Position numbers and translations under genes: made by a program. A DNA stretch of 64,000 nt from Camelus dromedarius (lineage: Eukaryota). Where the stretch lies: NCBI RefSeq assembly GCF_036321535.1, contig NC_087437.1, positions 58,282,001 to 58,346,000 on the forward strand, given 5' to 3'. The notes beneath the pieces are model-generated. The model was not told where the DNA came from and did not search any database. It was given only the letters and a program-made list of their open reading frames with translations. Shown piece by piece: positions 40,531 to 52,439 of this stretch. Within the stretch, counting starts at the first letter, position 1, and every line of letters begins with the position of its first letter.

Positions 40531-41889
40531 CAACAATATCTTTTCAAATTAGAATAGAACAAAATTTGAGAAAAAATCCAGTACTTGGCAATGCAAGGAA
40601 AAATGAGGATAATGATATCCATTAAAAGTGATATAGGTGCTAAATGAGATGATATATATGTTTTAAAAAAATGGAGCACTATATGAATATGCCTTATGAC
40701 TACTTATGAATTACTTCCTTATTTTATTGGCATATTGCTCCTTGGTTCTATAAACACTTCAGAAATCTGTAGATGATCCTTTTCCTCTAATATTATTATG
40801 TTCTTTGGCTTCAAAGCCATTATACCTTAGGAAACACTGACCAGGAACACATTTAAATTTCTCAGGAATAATCAGTTTGATTAAAAACGGTGACATTCTT
40901 TTCCAACATTCAAGAAACACCTCGATCTGCACACATGGAAAATCTGGAGAGTTTTTTAACATAGCTACAAATGTGGTGGGGAGAGGGAAACTCTGATGGT
41001 TTCTCAAGCCTTTTCTGAATTAAAATCTGATTTAACTTACTCTATTATGACAGATATAAGTAAATGTAAATATATAAATGTGGGATTTTTTTTTTTTTTT
41101 TGGTAACGTCTGAGATTTCTGAATTTCTCTCTGATTGCATTTAGCAAGGGGGGAATCATCCATGCCTGTGAGCAGCTCCCAGGAATCTGTCGGCTTTTCA
41201 CAGCATAGTAACCCACCCATCACTGCCTCAGACCTTCCATAAATACGTAGGCTGCGTGCCTGTGCTTTCAGAACTTCACAGGTTTCCATGGATACGGGAA
41301 TTTTAGTGCTGAGGCACATTACTATCGTTTTTCTTGTCACCAAGAGTCCTGTAAACACTTGTGCTTTAAGATTTTGTGCAGAAATTTAGCATTTTATGGA
41401 GGACCAAGTCAGAATTACCTTCTCCCAAGTGCATTGTATGATTTCCCCTTAGGGCAAAGTCCCTAAAAATCATTTATATTTGTGGCCTCTTTTTAATGAT
41501 GGACTTTTATTTAGCAGACTAATAAAAGACAATAAAAGCTTAACTACATTGTCAGTATCACTTTTACGTGACAGATATTTATACTATGTAAATGTTACAA
41601 TGAATAAATAAGACAGTTTGCTCTAAACTTAAAAGGAAAGAGGCAAAAGGGAAGAGCAAGGATGGGAATATTATGTATGTATGTAGCCATTTCTCTTCCT
41701 GAATATAGTGAAATGTGTCATTTTCAAGGATACCCTTGTGTTACATCTATTGACCAATCATAGTTTGACTGTATTCTTCCTTATGTTTTTGTATATTTTT
41801 TTTGTATAATGTTAATTGTATAATCCAAATCTTTATATAATCAAGAGACCTTATTGCTAATTTGTGAAAAATGGCAGGCTATGTTATTA

Positions 41890-42020
41890 CTTTTCCCATT
41901 TCATACGTGTATAACTGAGGATCAGGCTTAAAGGACATGTCTCATGTCACACAGCTGGCAAATGACAGAACTGGGATTAGAACCCAAGATACCTGATTCA
42001 TTGCCCAAGTCTTTTCCATT
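41890..42020 (-). mobile_element. MIR SINE fragment
   Basis: cccatttcatacgtgtataactgagg...gtcacacagctggcaaatgacagaactgggattagaaccca. Confidence 0.75.
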
Positions 42021-44979
42021 GCCCTTTTTTCCTGGGCAGAATGCAGATAACTTCTTCTATAAAAGTCCTACCCATGTCCTATCTTCCTTGCCACATGCTG
42101 GTAGGTTTCTGTGCCTCTGACCTGAGCTCCATTAAATCATTCTTTTCTCCACCAGGCAGTCCCCTTAACTGCCCTAGACCCTTGGCTCAGGCTGACTTAC
42201 CAAGCATGGTAGTTTCAAATGCACATAACTATGGGGGAAGCAGCAGTCACAGAGATACGACATAGCCTGGATGTGCACTCCGTGAGGATTCTGTAGAGGA
42301 ACAGATTTCTAGCTCCAACCACATTGACCAAGAATGTACAAAGCACACTGAATGAGAGGTTCGAGCAATTTGTCCCAAAATCCAATCTGAACAGACCTAT
42401 CGCTTGTCAATATTCAAGTCAAGAAAAAAGCTTTCATTTTTACAGCATGGATTTTGGGGGGCAAGGTTGCAACTACATGATTGACTGTCTCAACTCTCAC
42501 TTATTATGCTACTGTAGCCAAAACCTGTATCATCTCAGCAAAATTTCTGTTAAGGCCAGGATATCTTTACAAGATCATTTTTGCCCTAAGTCTCATTTAC
42601 CTCGTATTTGTGCAGACTTTTGTTTTTGTGAATTTTCATCCGAAAGGAAGACTTTGTTTTTACTGTCTATATAAAGAGGGAGTTTGGCTAGAGGAAAAAC
42701 TCTTGACTAAGAGACCTAATCTGGGTCTTTCCCCAGGAGATCCTGAGTGAGGACTTCCATGGCTCTGACCAAGACCTGAGTAACCACGGGTTTGTTGTGA
42801 GGCTCAAATGAGACAAAGGGTATGAAAACACTTTGCTAGTTGTAAAATACGCATTAAAAAACAGGGTTCTTTTGAGGATAACATTACATAATGCCAATTG
42901 GTTTCAGTCTCCATGTGTTGAAAAGGCAAATAATGACTCCTGTTAACCCAGGGCTTTTGCTGGTATGTGGACTTTATTTTACAACAAACATGACTGAAGT
43001 AGCTCCATTATGGTTATTTCAATATGTTTCAACCCTTTCAACCCCACTAGGCAGCAACTGAGGGTGCCATCCACGTGGTGCTTCCCTTAATATAATAGCC
43101 AAAATAATGGGAACTGGTTATTTGGTTGTAATCTAACATCCGCTCCTATCACATGCCATGTGCAGCCCTTGAGATCCCAGGACTACAACTCTAGATTCAG
43201 ACAAACTTTGCCTATTACTGCCTGAGGCTAATTCCTCATTCTTTCTGGATGGAAATTTTAATTCTGTGCTGTTCATCCGTAGAGTATTGCTGAGTGATTA
43301 ACCACCTCTCCAATCGCAGGAGTGAAGGGAAAACTCAGAGTTCCCCTGCGCCACAAAGCTTTCTCTGTTTTCTCCTACAAATTCCATTCAGGCATCGAAT
43401 TGAATTTACTCTTAACATTTTATCTGTACCTGGCAGGGATCTAGAAGTAAAATTACAAGATTTATTTCATTTTAATTCTATCATGATGCATTTAATCACA
43501 AATACCCCCAAAATGAAAAGGTAATTTATCATTTTGCCCTGACTGAGCAACCCTCCTTCGTTCACATTCATGAATCCATAATGCAGGGAGGAGAACGGAT
43601 GATTAAGTGTCTGATTAGTGAAAACAGATTAACCTGGCAAACACAATAAATTTAACTCATAAGCAGGATGGCTTTATAAATGCTCACAATAACTCTCCTG
43701 TATAAAATCATGAACCACTGCCTTCAGTGATGACTCAATTGAAATAGTTGGGGAACATAAAGCAAATGCATGTTTATAGCTTTCTTCCTTGAGACATTAA
43801 AAAGATACTGAAAGGTGTACCTGATTCAGTTTATAACTCTAAAAATATATTATATAGGGAACAGGCAAGAAAAATATTGACTCATAAAAGACACAGCCAC
43901 AACCTCTCAAGTGTTCCAGTTTCCACTTTACCAACAAATATATGTTTTTAATGTCTGCTACTCTGTTTCCAGAGATACCAAAGCCAGACCCCAGTTTCAA
44001 ACCATGCAGATTCACCCTTAACCTTCACACACTGAACCCAAATTCTTTATAAAGGCAGCTGCATCTTTAGGTAGTTCTTATCCCATTGTGGCAAAAAACA
44101 ACAAACAATTAGAAAGCTATTTCAGTCTTTGAATCAGTAGGGGGGAAAAATCCTTCCTTTTAGCTGACAGTCCATTTATATCAGAGTAAAAATCTAGGTT
44201 ATGACTTGTTTGAAGGAAGGTCCTGTGCTGCGCTCCAAAAAGTTCACTGAGCAGTCCGCCAGGACTTCCTTACTTGGTCAGTTAGTATTCCTGGCATCCC
44301 GTTTTTAGCAAGGAGAAAATGGATACTCTTCATGCCCAGGTGTATTTTTAAACTCACATGGCTGTATTCCTGGAGGCCTCTGCTGGCCCGGGGCCTGAAA
44401 GGAAGTGAGTTAGGCTTTGCTCTGTCACGTGCACCCAGGTCACGCTGAATAAGGGACTTGCTCTCCTCCTCTAGCTAGAACCAGATCTTTTTCAGGGGCA
44501 GGGCAGGGGAGGTGGGGAGAATGGGCTGCCTGAAGGAGTCTTGTCTTTAACGAAGGCCTCATCAGGAGCCAGGTAAATTTCCCAGTGGGAGAAGCGGGTA
44601 CCTGGAGATCTAGAGGCCGACGCTCTGGCTCCATTCCTTCCTCCTTTCCCCGCCCCAGCCCTTCCCACTTCTGAAGTTGATCTTAGACTTGAGGGTGGTG
44701 AAAAGGAGGAGTCCAAAGGGAGCGGGGTTCCACGTGTGTCCCTACAGACCTGGGAACTGGATCGGGCTCACGAGCACACATTTTGTAGGTGTGTGGTGGT
44801 GGGAAGCCGGGAGTGTTTTTAAGGCCAGTCCTTCCTCCTACCTCAGCTAAGACTGAGAGGCTTTCTTGGGGACACAGGGACCAAGATCCTTTCTGCCGCC
44901 TTAAAGGAATTTGTGTGGACCTGGAAGGGAGAGCACTTCTAGTGGATGCAGTCTGTATGCATGTTCAGGAACATTTCTG

Positions 44980-45500
44980 AGCTCAGCAAGACGAGTTAAG
45001 TGCACCAGCGCGGCGAACGTCCCAGTGGCAGGGAGGGGTGTCCTTGGTTAGTTACTGCGCTGGGGCTGCGCTTGGGCGGTTGGGTTTGTGTGCTGTGTCA
45101 GTACCGGTGGAGGGCAGGTGTCCTGTGGGTGCTCCTCGAGATGCACACGGGACGGAGGTGTGTGCGGAATGGGGGCAGGCAGGCGGAGGATCCCCGGCGG
45201 TGGCGCGTACCCCGGCCGGGGCGGCAGGAGCCGCGCGCGTGCGCAGCAGCATTAGGGCGCCGGGGTGTCTCCGCGCGGCGGGACGGGCGTTGGCGCTGCA
45301 GGGCGGCCCTGGGTAACCAGTAGTCGGCCGCCGCCGCCTGGCCCTCCTCCGGGAGCAGATGGAGTCGGCCCGCGGCCGCTAGCGCTAGCGGGAGGGTCTG
45401 CAGCTGGGAGGCCGGCGCCACCCGGGACCCCCGCCGCTGCCACCGGCGGGGGAGGACAAGCCAGGCTTCAGAGTGAGGTGTGCAGGGGATGGGGAGGGAG
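44980..45500 (+). promoter_or_regulatory. PLAAT1: CpG island: PLAAT1 promoter and putative first exon
   Basis: Only CpG-dense, very GC-rich stretch in the window (NotI site 45372-45379), about 8 kb upstream of a coding exon that needs an upstream exon. Candidate donors after 45312, 45472 and 45477. GC box ccccgcccc near 44648. Confidence 0.8.
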
Positions 45501-47339
45501 GACTCTAGGCTCCCAGACAGCCTTGCTGAGCCGACTGTCCAATGAGAGAGCCCCGAGGACCAGTGGAGAGCATCTAATTTGACTCATATCCCTCTTTTTA
45601 CAAATAAGGGAACCAAGTCCATAGGGAGAGACTTTCCTAAGTCACACAGCTATCCAGTGGCAGAACTGGACTGGGGTACCGGGCCTTTCTTATCAAGGCT
45701 TTTTATCCACTCTCCTTATTGAAATGAATATGAATAATCATAATACAACTATTTATCATTATAAGATATTAGATTTTGGAACTATGAATGGTGATATCAC
45801 TTTGGCGTTCAGAACTATTAGTATGATTTCTGTGCTGGAAAAACCCAGCCACTCTGTCCTCCTGGGCTTGGATCCTCATTACTTAATTCATTAAACATTA
45901 GCTCTGTGGTTATTTGTGCCAGGTACTCTGCAGCAAACGGAAGGTGTAGAGATAAACAAGCACCAGCCCTCCATATGGAGCAAAAGAGAAAACCCCCAGA
46001 CACCAGTAGCTGACACAGGTGTAGGAAACGCCATGGGCATTAGAAAGATAATGGAGCACTGGTGACTCACTTCTGTGTCACTGCTGGCTGACTGGAGGAA
46101 GACCTTGGTGATATCTGATCTAGATCTTTAAGAGCGGGTCATTTGGGGGCATTTGGAAATGGGTGGCGCATTCCAGGTAGAAGGTTCGGTATAGTATTAG
46201 CAACACAGCTGCAGGTGAGACTGAAGAATAATAGCTTGGTTTGCCTAGAATGTGGGGATGAATAGGGAGGCCAGGATTACAGAGGGGGAGAGATGGGGAG
46301 TCAGGAGTGGGAGCCTGGGAGGGGTTTCAAGCTGGGAACGACAGTGCAGTGGCTGAGGATGGTTCACCTGGCTGGGAGCTGGATCCCTCCGCTGTAGGGA
46401 AAGGATGTTGGACCAAGGATCCTTGCAGCTCTGAGGGTCTGTGAATTAGCCGATCTGGGAGCACAGGGGTTCATAGAGCCATCTCAGTGTGGCCAGGGCT
46501 ATGGATGACAAATGCAGCTGGAGTGGGAAAGAGTCCAAATTGAATTGGGAGACTGTTGGACTATAGGGATAGCCAGTGATCGTGTTTCAGACTGCCAATA
46601 GCATCCTTGGGAGTAGTTTGTGAAAAAGTGCTCTTAGTATTCTTGTAACACGTGGACCCGAGCAGCAGTTAATCAGCCTGTCCCTATCTGTACAGGTTAC
46701 AGTTATTTCTTTTGATGCATCCCCAGGGACCAACAGGGAACCATAAACCAGGCAGCTTGTTTTGGCGTCTGAAATGAGAAATTTCTTGTACACAGATTAC
46801 AGACTTACCTTCATGTCACTCTTTGTTTTAAACTAGTCAAACATTTCTGTGAAGATGAACTAAAATGAAGTGTTTCTACCTTAAAGGTGACACAGAGAGA
46901 TTTCTGCAGAGGACTTACAAATGTATCTTTAATTGGCTCTGTGCTATCTTGTTTATGAAGCCCTACATGACATACTTGTGCTTGAATGAAATGAGTAGAT
47001 ATCCATGTAAATCAAATCACCCAAGCAGACAGGTTTTAGCCATTTTCCTAAGGTATGAGTCTGGGAACCGTCTAAATACTTCTGGCCCCATCTCCACCCC
47101 TTCCCTGCAGGAGAAGAGGAAGTGTTTCCCCCAACACTCCACTTCCTGTTACTCCCTAGTCCTACATATAAATGTTTAAAAACTTCCTGTATTGGCTTAT
47201 GAAATGTACATTTAGGATGCTTTTGCAGCTTCCCCGTCTAATGAATATTTGAGAAGAGGGAAAAGATGAAATATTGTTTAGTAGTGATTCCTTTGGTTAA
47301 ACATGTTAATCAGTGGTGTCAAGAAGGAGCGTACAGTCT

Positions 47340-47725
47340 GGAGTAAGAAGACAGACTTGGAATTGAATTCTAGTTCTGTCACGTACCACCTCTGTGACTT
47401 TAGCTCTGACACAATTCATCTGAGCCTCAGTCTCCTCATCTGTAAAATGGTGATCATAATAATCAGCTCACAGTTGTTACACAGTCTAACAGCGTGCAAG
47501 CAGGGCTGTAGAAATGTCAGCAAGGGAGGTGGTATAGTGCTCTAGGAGACAAGCAGTTAGGACGAGGAGCCTGCCTTTGGAGGTAGGGCAACCTGAGTCC
47601 AGAAGTAGATTCTGCCCTTTCCCACTGTGTGACTTTGGGTGATCCCTGAACCACTGTGAACGTCAGGTTCCTCATCTTTAAGATGGGAGAAATAATTGTA
47701 TTACTTTGTGGTGTTGGTTCAAGGA
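47340..47725 (+). mobile_element. Two MIR SINE fragments in PLAAT1 intron 1
   Basis: ctgagcctcagtctcctcatctgtaaaatgg (about 47420) and ttcctcatctttaagatggg (about 47668). Confidence 0.75.
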
Positions 47726-47759
47726 TCACACCTGGTACAGGTCCTGAGATACAAAGTGA

Positions 47760-47992
47760 GAGAACCCGGGAGGTGAAAGGGACCTTAGAAGGCCTCCTCT
47801 CGCTTACAGCGCCCCCACCCAGCGCCATGGGAGTCTTACTTTCATCAACCCTGACGGAGACTGCTATCTGTACCAGGGCCTCCATTCCGTTGTTGGATCA
47901 CCTTCAATAAAAGAAAAAATTTTCCTCATAGACAGCTAAAAGCTGCCTCAATGTAACTTCCATGTGTTGATCCTCTTCTGTGCTCTGTAGAA
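47760..47992. mobile_element. CR1/L3-like LINE fragment
   Basis: aaagggaccttagaagg; ccattccgttgttggatc; ctgcctcaatgtaacttccatgtgttgatcct resemble L3 consensus (from memory). Confidence 0.55.
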
Positions 47993-48027
47993 AAAAATAT
48001 ATATCGATCTTTATTTTTTAATGAAAA

Positions 48028-49300
48028 TTTTTATTTTAATTAAAAGGTAATTTTAGATTCACATGCACTCATAAGAAATAATACAGAGAGATCCCTTGTA
48101 CCTTTACCCAGTTTCCCGCAATGGTAACATCTTACAAAACCACACAATGATATCACAAACAGGTTACTGACATGGACTCCACGGGGAGACAGAACATTTC
48201 CACCACATCTAGAATCTCTCATATGCTGTCTTTTTATAGTCACACCCACTTCCTTCTTACTACTTCCTTGATCCCTGACAGCCACTATTTATTCTCCATT
48301 TCTACCATTTGGTCAGGTCAGAATGCTGTATAAACGGGATCCTATGCATAACATGGCACGTCATTGGCTCTTTTCACTCTGCATAATCCTCTGGAGAATC
48401 CCCCTGGTTGCGTTGTTGGATTTATCAGTAGTTTGTTACTTAGCATTCCATGGTATGGCTGTACCCCAGTTTGATGTTCACCCACTGAAGGTCATCTGAG
48501 TAGTTTCCACTTTGGGGTTATTATGCTGCAAAATCTGTGGACAGGTTTTGTGTGAATAAGTCTTCATTGTCTTCAGTCTCCGGGATAAAAGCCTAGGACC
48601 ACAATTGCTGGATCACATGGTAGTTACAAGTTAAGTGTTTAAAGAAATTCCCAGACTGCTTCCCGAGTGGCTGAAGCATTTTATATTATCACTAGCTCCA
48701 CAGCCTTGCCAGCATTTTCTGTGGTCCCCGAGTTTTATTTTACCTATTATGATAGATGTGCAGTGCTGTCGTGGTTTTAATCTGCATTGTCCTAAAAGCT
48801 AACAATGTTTAACCTGGCTTACTGATATCTGTGACTCCTGTTTGATAAAATGTGTCTTTGTGTCTTTTCCTCAAGTTCTAATTATATTCCTTGCTTTTAA
48901 TTGCTGAGTTTTGAGAGTTCTTTCTGTGTTCTCGATACTGGTCCTTTCTTGGATATGTCATTTTCAAATATTTTCTCCCACTCTGTAGCTTGTCTTTTTG
49001 TCCTTCTAACAGGGTCTTTCGTGCTGCAAAAGTTTTAAATTTTGAGGATGTCGAATTGTTGGTTTTTTTCTTTCATGGATAGTACTTTTTGTATCAAGTC
49101 TACGAACCCTTTATTCACCCTGGATCCTGAGGACCCTATGTGTTTTTCTCCTTTGTGTTTTATAGTTTTACATTTTATATTTAAGTCCATGATCTATTTT
49201 GAATTACTTTTTGATTAAGGAGGTGTGAGACATGGGTTGAGGTTATTCCCCCGCCAACCCACTGTAATTCTAACTGTTCCATCACCATTTGTTGAAAATC
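48028..49300 (-). mobile_element. Older LINE-1 (L1MB-like) 3' fragment, antisense in intron 1
   Basis: taagaaataatacagagagatcccttgtacctttacccagtttccc; gagttttgagagttcttt; tttaagtccatgatctattttgaatta. Confidence 0.88.
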
Positions 49301-50097
49301 TTTTTAAAAATAGCCTGTGACCTTGGGCAACTCAAATCACCTGCCTGGCTCTGTTCCCTTTGTTTCAAGAATGGGAGGGTTGGACCAGGACTAGATGGGT
49401 GTTATTCAATCTCCAGGCCTAGAAGTCCTGGGCCCTCAGGCAGCAGCAGTGAGGAGCAGATGGGGCTCTCACGCCCTTCCCTGACGCTGTCCAGGACTGG
49501 GCTGTTTTATAGTTTTTATATTTTTTTGTGGGTCCATCTAATATCTGGTTTGATACAGGACCCCACTGCTAAAAATGAGTGTGGAGGTCAGTGGATTAGG
49601 TAATATCTGAAGTCCCTTTTTGCAGTAAATTGCTGTGATTCTAAGTGTTTGGTGTCAGAGATCAGCTTCTTCCCTTCCACATTAGCCTTCATGCTTCTCC
49701 CTTAATTTCTTGAGAGGTTATGCATTTGAGAAGTTTTCCTTGTGACTCAGCCATTCCTCTTTATAAGTATAATGGGTTTCATGAAATCAACTCACTTACA
49801 TTTCATAAGTTGATTTGCAAACGATATGTCAGAATTTTAAATGTGTTTTATATATTAAAAATTTCCAGTGGAATCATCTATTCCACAGAATTGTTGTGGT
49901 TGAAAGTGAGGATAAGGAACTAAAGCCACATGTAAGCCATGAACCCATCGCTCAGCCTTTACAAACAGCCACCTCTCCCTGCCATCCACCATCTCCCTGC
50001 TCTGGCCAGCTCACAAAGCACTGCATCAGCTTCTAGCCAGTTCATGAAAGGTTACTTAACAACAGCTTTTCGAGATAAACAGTTCAGTTCAATATTA

Positions 50098-50478
50098 TTA
50101 TTTTTTTATTGAGGTATAGTTGATTTACAATGTTGAGTTAGTTTCTGGTGTACACCATAGTGATTCAGATACACATTTATATATATATACACACATATAT
50201 TCTTTTTCATTATAAATTATCACAAGATATTTAAATATAGTTCCCTGTGCTATACAGTAGGTCCTTTCGTTTATCTATTTTATATATAGTAGTTTGTATC
50301 TGCAGGCCCAAGCTCCTAATTGATCCCTCCCTGTACACCTTCCCATTTGGTAACCATACATTTGTTTTCTGTGTCTGTGAGTCTGTTTTGTAAATAAGTT
50401 TATTTGTGTCATTTTTTTTTTTTAGATTCCACATGTAAGTGATATCATATTTGTCTTTCTCTTTCTGACTTACTTCAC
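50098..50478 (-). mobile_element. Young LINE-1 3' end, antisense in intron 1
   Basis: ttttattgaggtatagttgatttacaatgttgagttagtttctggtgtacacc...ttagattccacatgtaagtgatatc. Confidence 0.9.
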
Positions 50479-50820
50479 ATTGTCCTATATTCTTAGGAAT
50501 ATAAACTGAGACTCAGGCATTTTGCCTTTCTCAGAGTGACAGAAGTAGGCAGGGGAAGACCTGAGATTAGAGCTCATATCTTTCACACGTAGCCCAGTTA
50601 TTCTTTCTTCTGTATTTTATAATATAAGGGTTTCTGTGGATATTTTCCAAAAGTTGGCATTTGCTACTATCACTTCTTATCTGTAAAATGGGATAATAAC
50701 ATACTAAACTCAAATCATGGTAGGCTTTTAAAGAATGAATTAGGGTTAATTGAGATAGTGCATCTGAGAAAAAAAAGTTATACTGCAAAAACGCTCTCTG
50801 TTACGTGGTGGTTATTGTTG

Positions 50821-50931
50821 TTTTTTGTGGGGGGGGGCATTGGGTTTATTTGTTTATGCTTAGGAGAGATACTGGGGATTGAACCCAGGACCTCGTGCAT
50901 GCGCTCTGCCACTTGAGCCGTACCTTCCCCC
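50821..50931 (-). mobile_element. tRNA-derived SINE (camelid vic-1-like) with an 18-bp TSD
   Basis: Minus strand reads gggggaaggtacggctcaagtggcagagcgcatgcacgaggtcctgggttcaatccccagt... with Pol III A box and B box and an A tail; TSD acgtggtggttattgttg (50803-50820) and acgtggtggttattattg (50932-50949). Confidence 0.88.
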
Positions 50932-51857
50932 ACGTGGTGGTTATTATTGTAAGCTTGGCTAGGTTTCTGAATGCTAGCCAGCAGCTGTGTGTACTTGCTG
51001 ATTCCTATTCATGGGAATTGTGTTTGTTTATATCATAGTATAGTATCTATTTTTCCTTTTAGTGCCCATGTGGCCAAATTGTGAACTGCTATATTAATAA
51101 GACTCAAACATATTTGAGAGGGTGGTTAGACTTAATGGTTTCCATAAAGTTGTTTTAGTAGTTATTTTTCGACAGATGGACAGCTTACATTTTGGCCTCA
51201 TTTCTGTGACAGTATGATGATTGAAGTTTTCAACAGATGGCATACGAATAACTTGGGAAAACACCCTCCCTATATTAATTGTTGTAAAAAAGACTTTTAG
51301 CATGCCAGGAAAACGATAATCTGTATTCCCAAGCCCTTAGCCTATGCTATTATAATTAGAATTTAGATGATTTGGAAGTTTCCTTTTCTGGCACTGGGAT
51401 TTATTTTGTAAATGAGTGAACGTATCTACATTAGAGTGAGAGATGCTGGGAAACACTCTGTTGTCAATTAGATATTCAACATGGACATAGCACGACATCT
51501 CCTTTTGATTATCAGTGAATGGACACAACTTCCTCTTGCTGAGTCATTCTACTTTGATGCTACGCATAGAAAATGTAATGTTCCATCAGGGACTTATGTG
51601 TTCTTTCTAAAAAGGATTGATTTAAAAGGGAAAAATTTCACCAAACTGAGAATTTTCAGACAAATTCATCAATATGGTGAACTCCCCAACCTTCCAAGTT
51701 GTTATGTTCATCCCCCGTCTGCATCAACCACCTTGCACTGTTTCAGGAATCACAAATGAGATCAGACATTAAGCGGGGCAGTTAGGGAGTGGTGGAAATC
51801 TGTGGGGTGTTTGTGATGTCACAATGACAAAGGGCATTTACTGGTGTTTAATAGGCA

Positions 51858-52439
51858 TGTCACCCAACCTGGATTTGGGTGCGCAGCAAAGCCATCTACT
51901 GACACCGGGTTGTGGTGAAGGAAAATACAGTATTTATTGCAGGCACCAAGCAAGGAGAGTGGGCAGCTTATTCTCAAAAGACCCAGCATCCTCCATGGCT
52001 TTCAGAGAAGGGTTTTTAAGGGCAATGTGAGGGAGGGGACCACAGGGTATGTGATCAGCCTGTGCTCAATTCTCAGATTGGTTGGCATCAAAGTGAAGTC
52101 TTGAACATCATTAATTTGGTTTCAGTTGGTCTGGGGTTTCCGTGCTCCAGGTCAGCAGTTTTTACTGATGGGGGTCTGCTTCCTGTAAAAACAACTTTGC
52201 AATGTGTGTCAGACATTTATATCTTTCAGGGAACTAGGAGTTAGGTGACTCTGCTAGGTGTCTGATTTATAGTCTAAATTGTTACCTATTTCCCAACAGC
52301 TATCCTTTGTTTCCACCTCTTCACATTTCCTAATCGTTAACTCTTGGCTCAGCCTTTTGAGACTCAGGGGAGGGCTGGGAGACTAAAGCAAAAGCCTTTT
52401 ACTACAAAGGACAGGGACACAGGCTTGTATACGGTTTCA
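51858..52439 (-). mobile_element. ERV1-type solo LTR, antisense in PLAAT1 intron 1
   Basis: TG...CA bounded (tgtcacc...ggtttca); on the minus strand CCAAT (attgg about 52077), TATA-like ttaaaaa (about 52013) and AATAAA (tttatt about 51933) occur in LTR order. Confidence 0.75.

Noticed and set aside
935..44980. Dozens of 60-140 aa ORFs in the ORF track
   Set aside because: Many start at non-ATG codons, lie in L1/L2/LTR remnants or microsatellites, and show no recognisable domains or consistent splice structure.
45052..45443. Minus-strand ORFs in the CpG island
   Set aside because: Stop codons are scarce in GC-rich DNA; low-complexity Ala/Gly/Pro/Arg products with non-ATG starts.
50860..50931. 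tRNA gene
   Set aside because: The anticodon arm is missing and it has an A tail and TSD, so it is a SINE.
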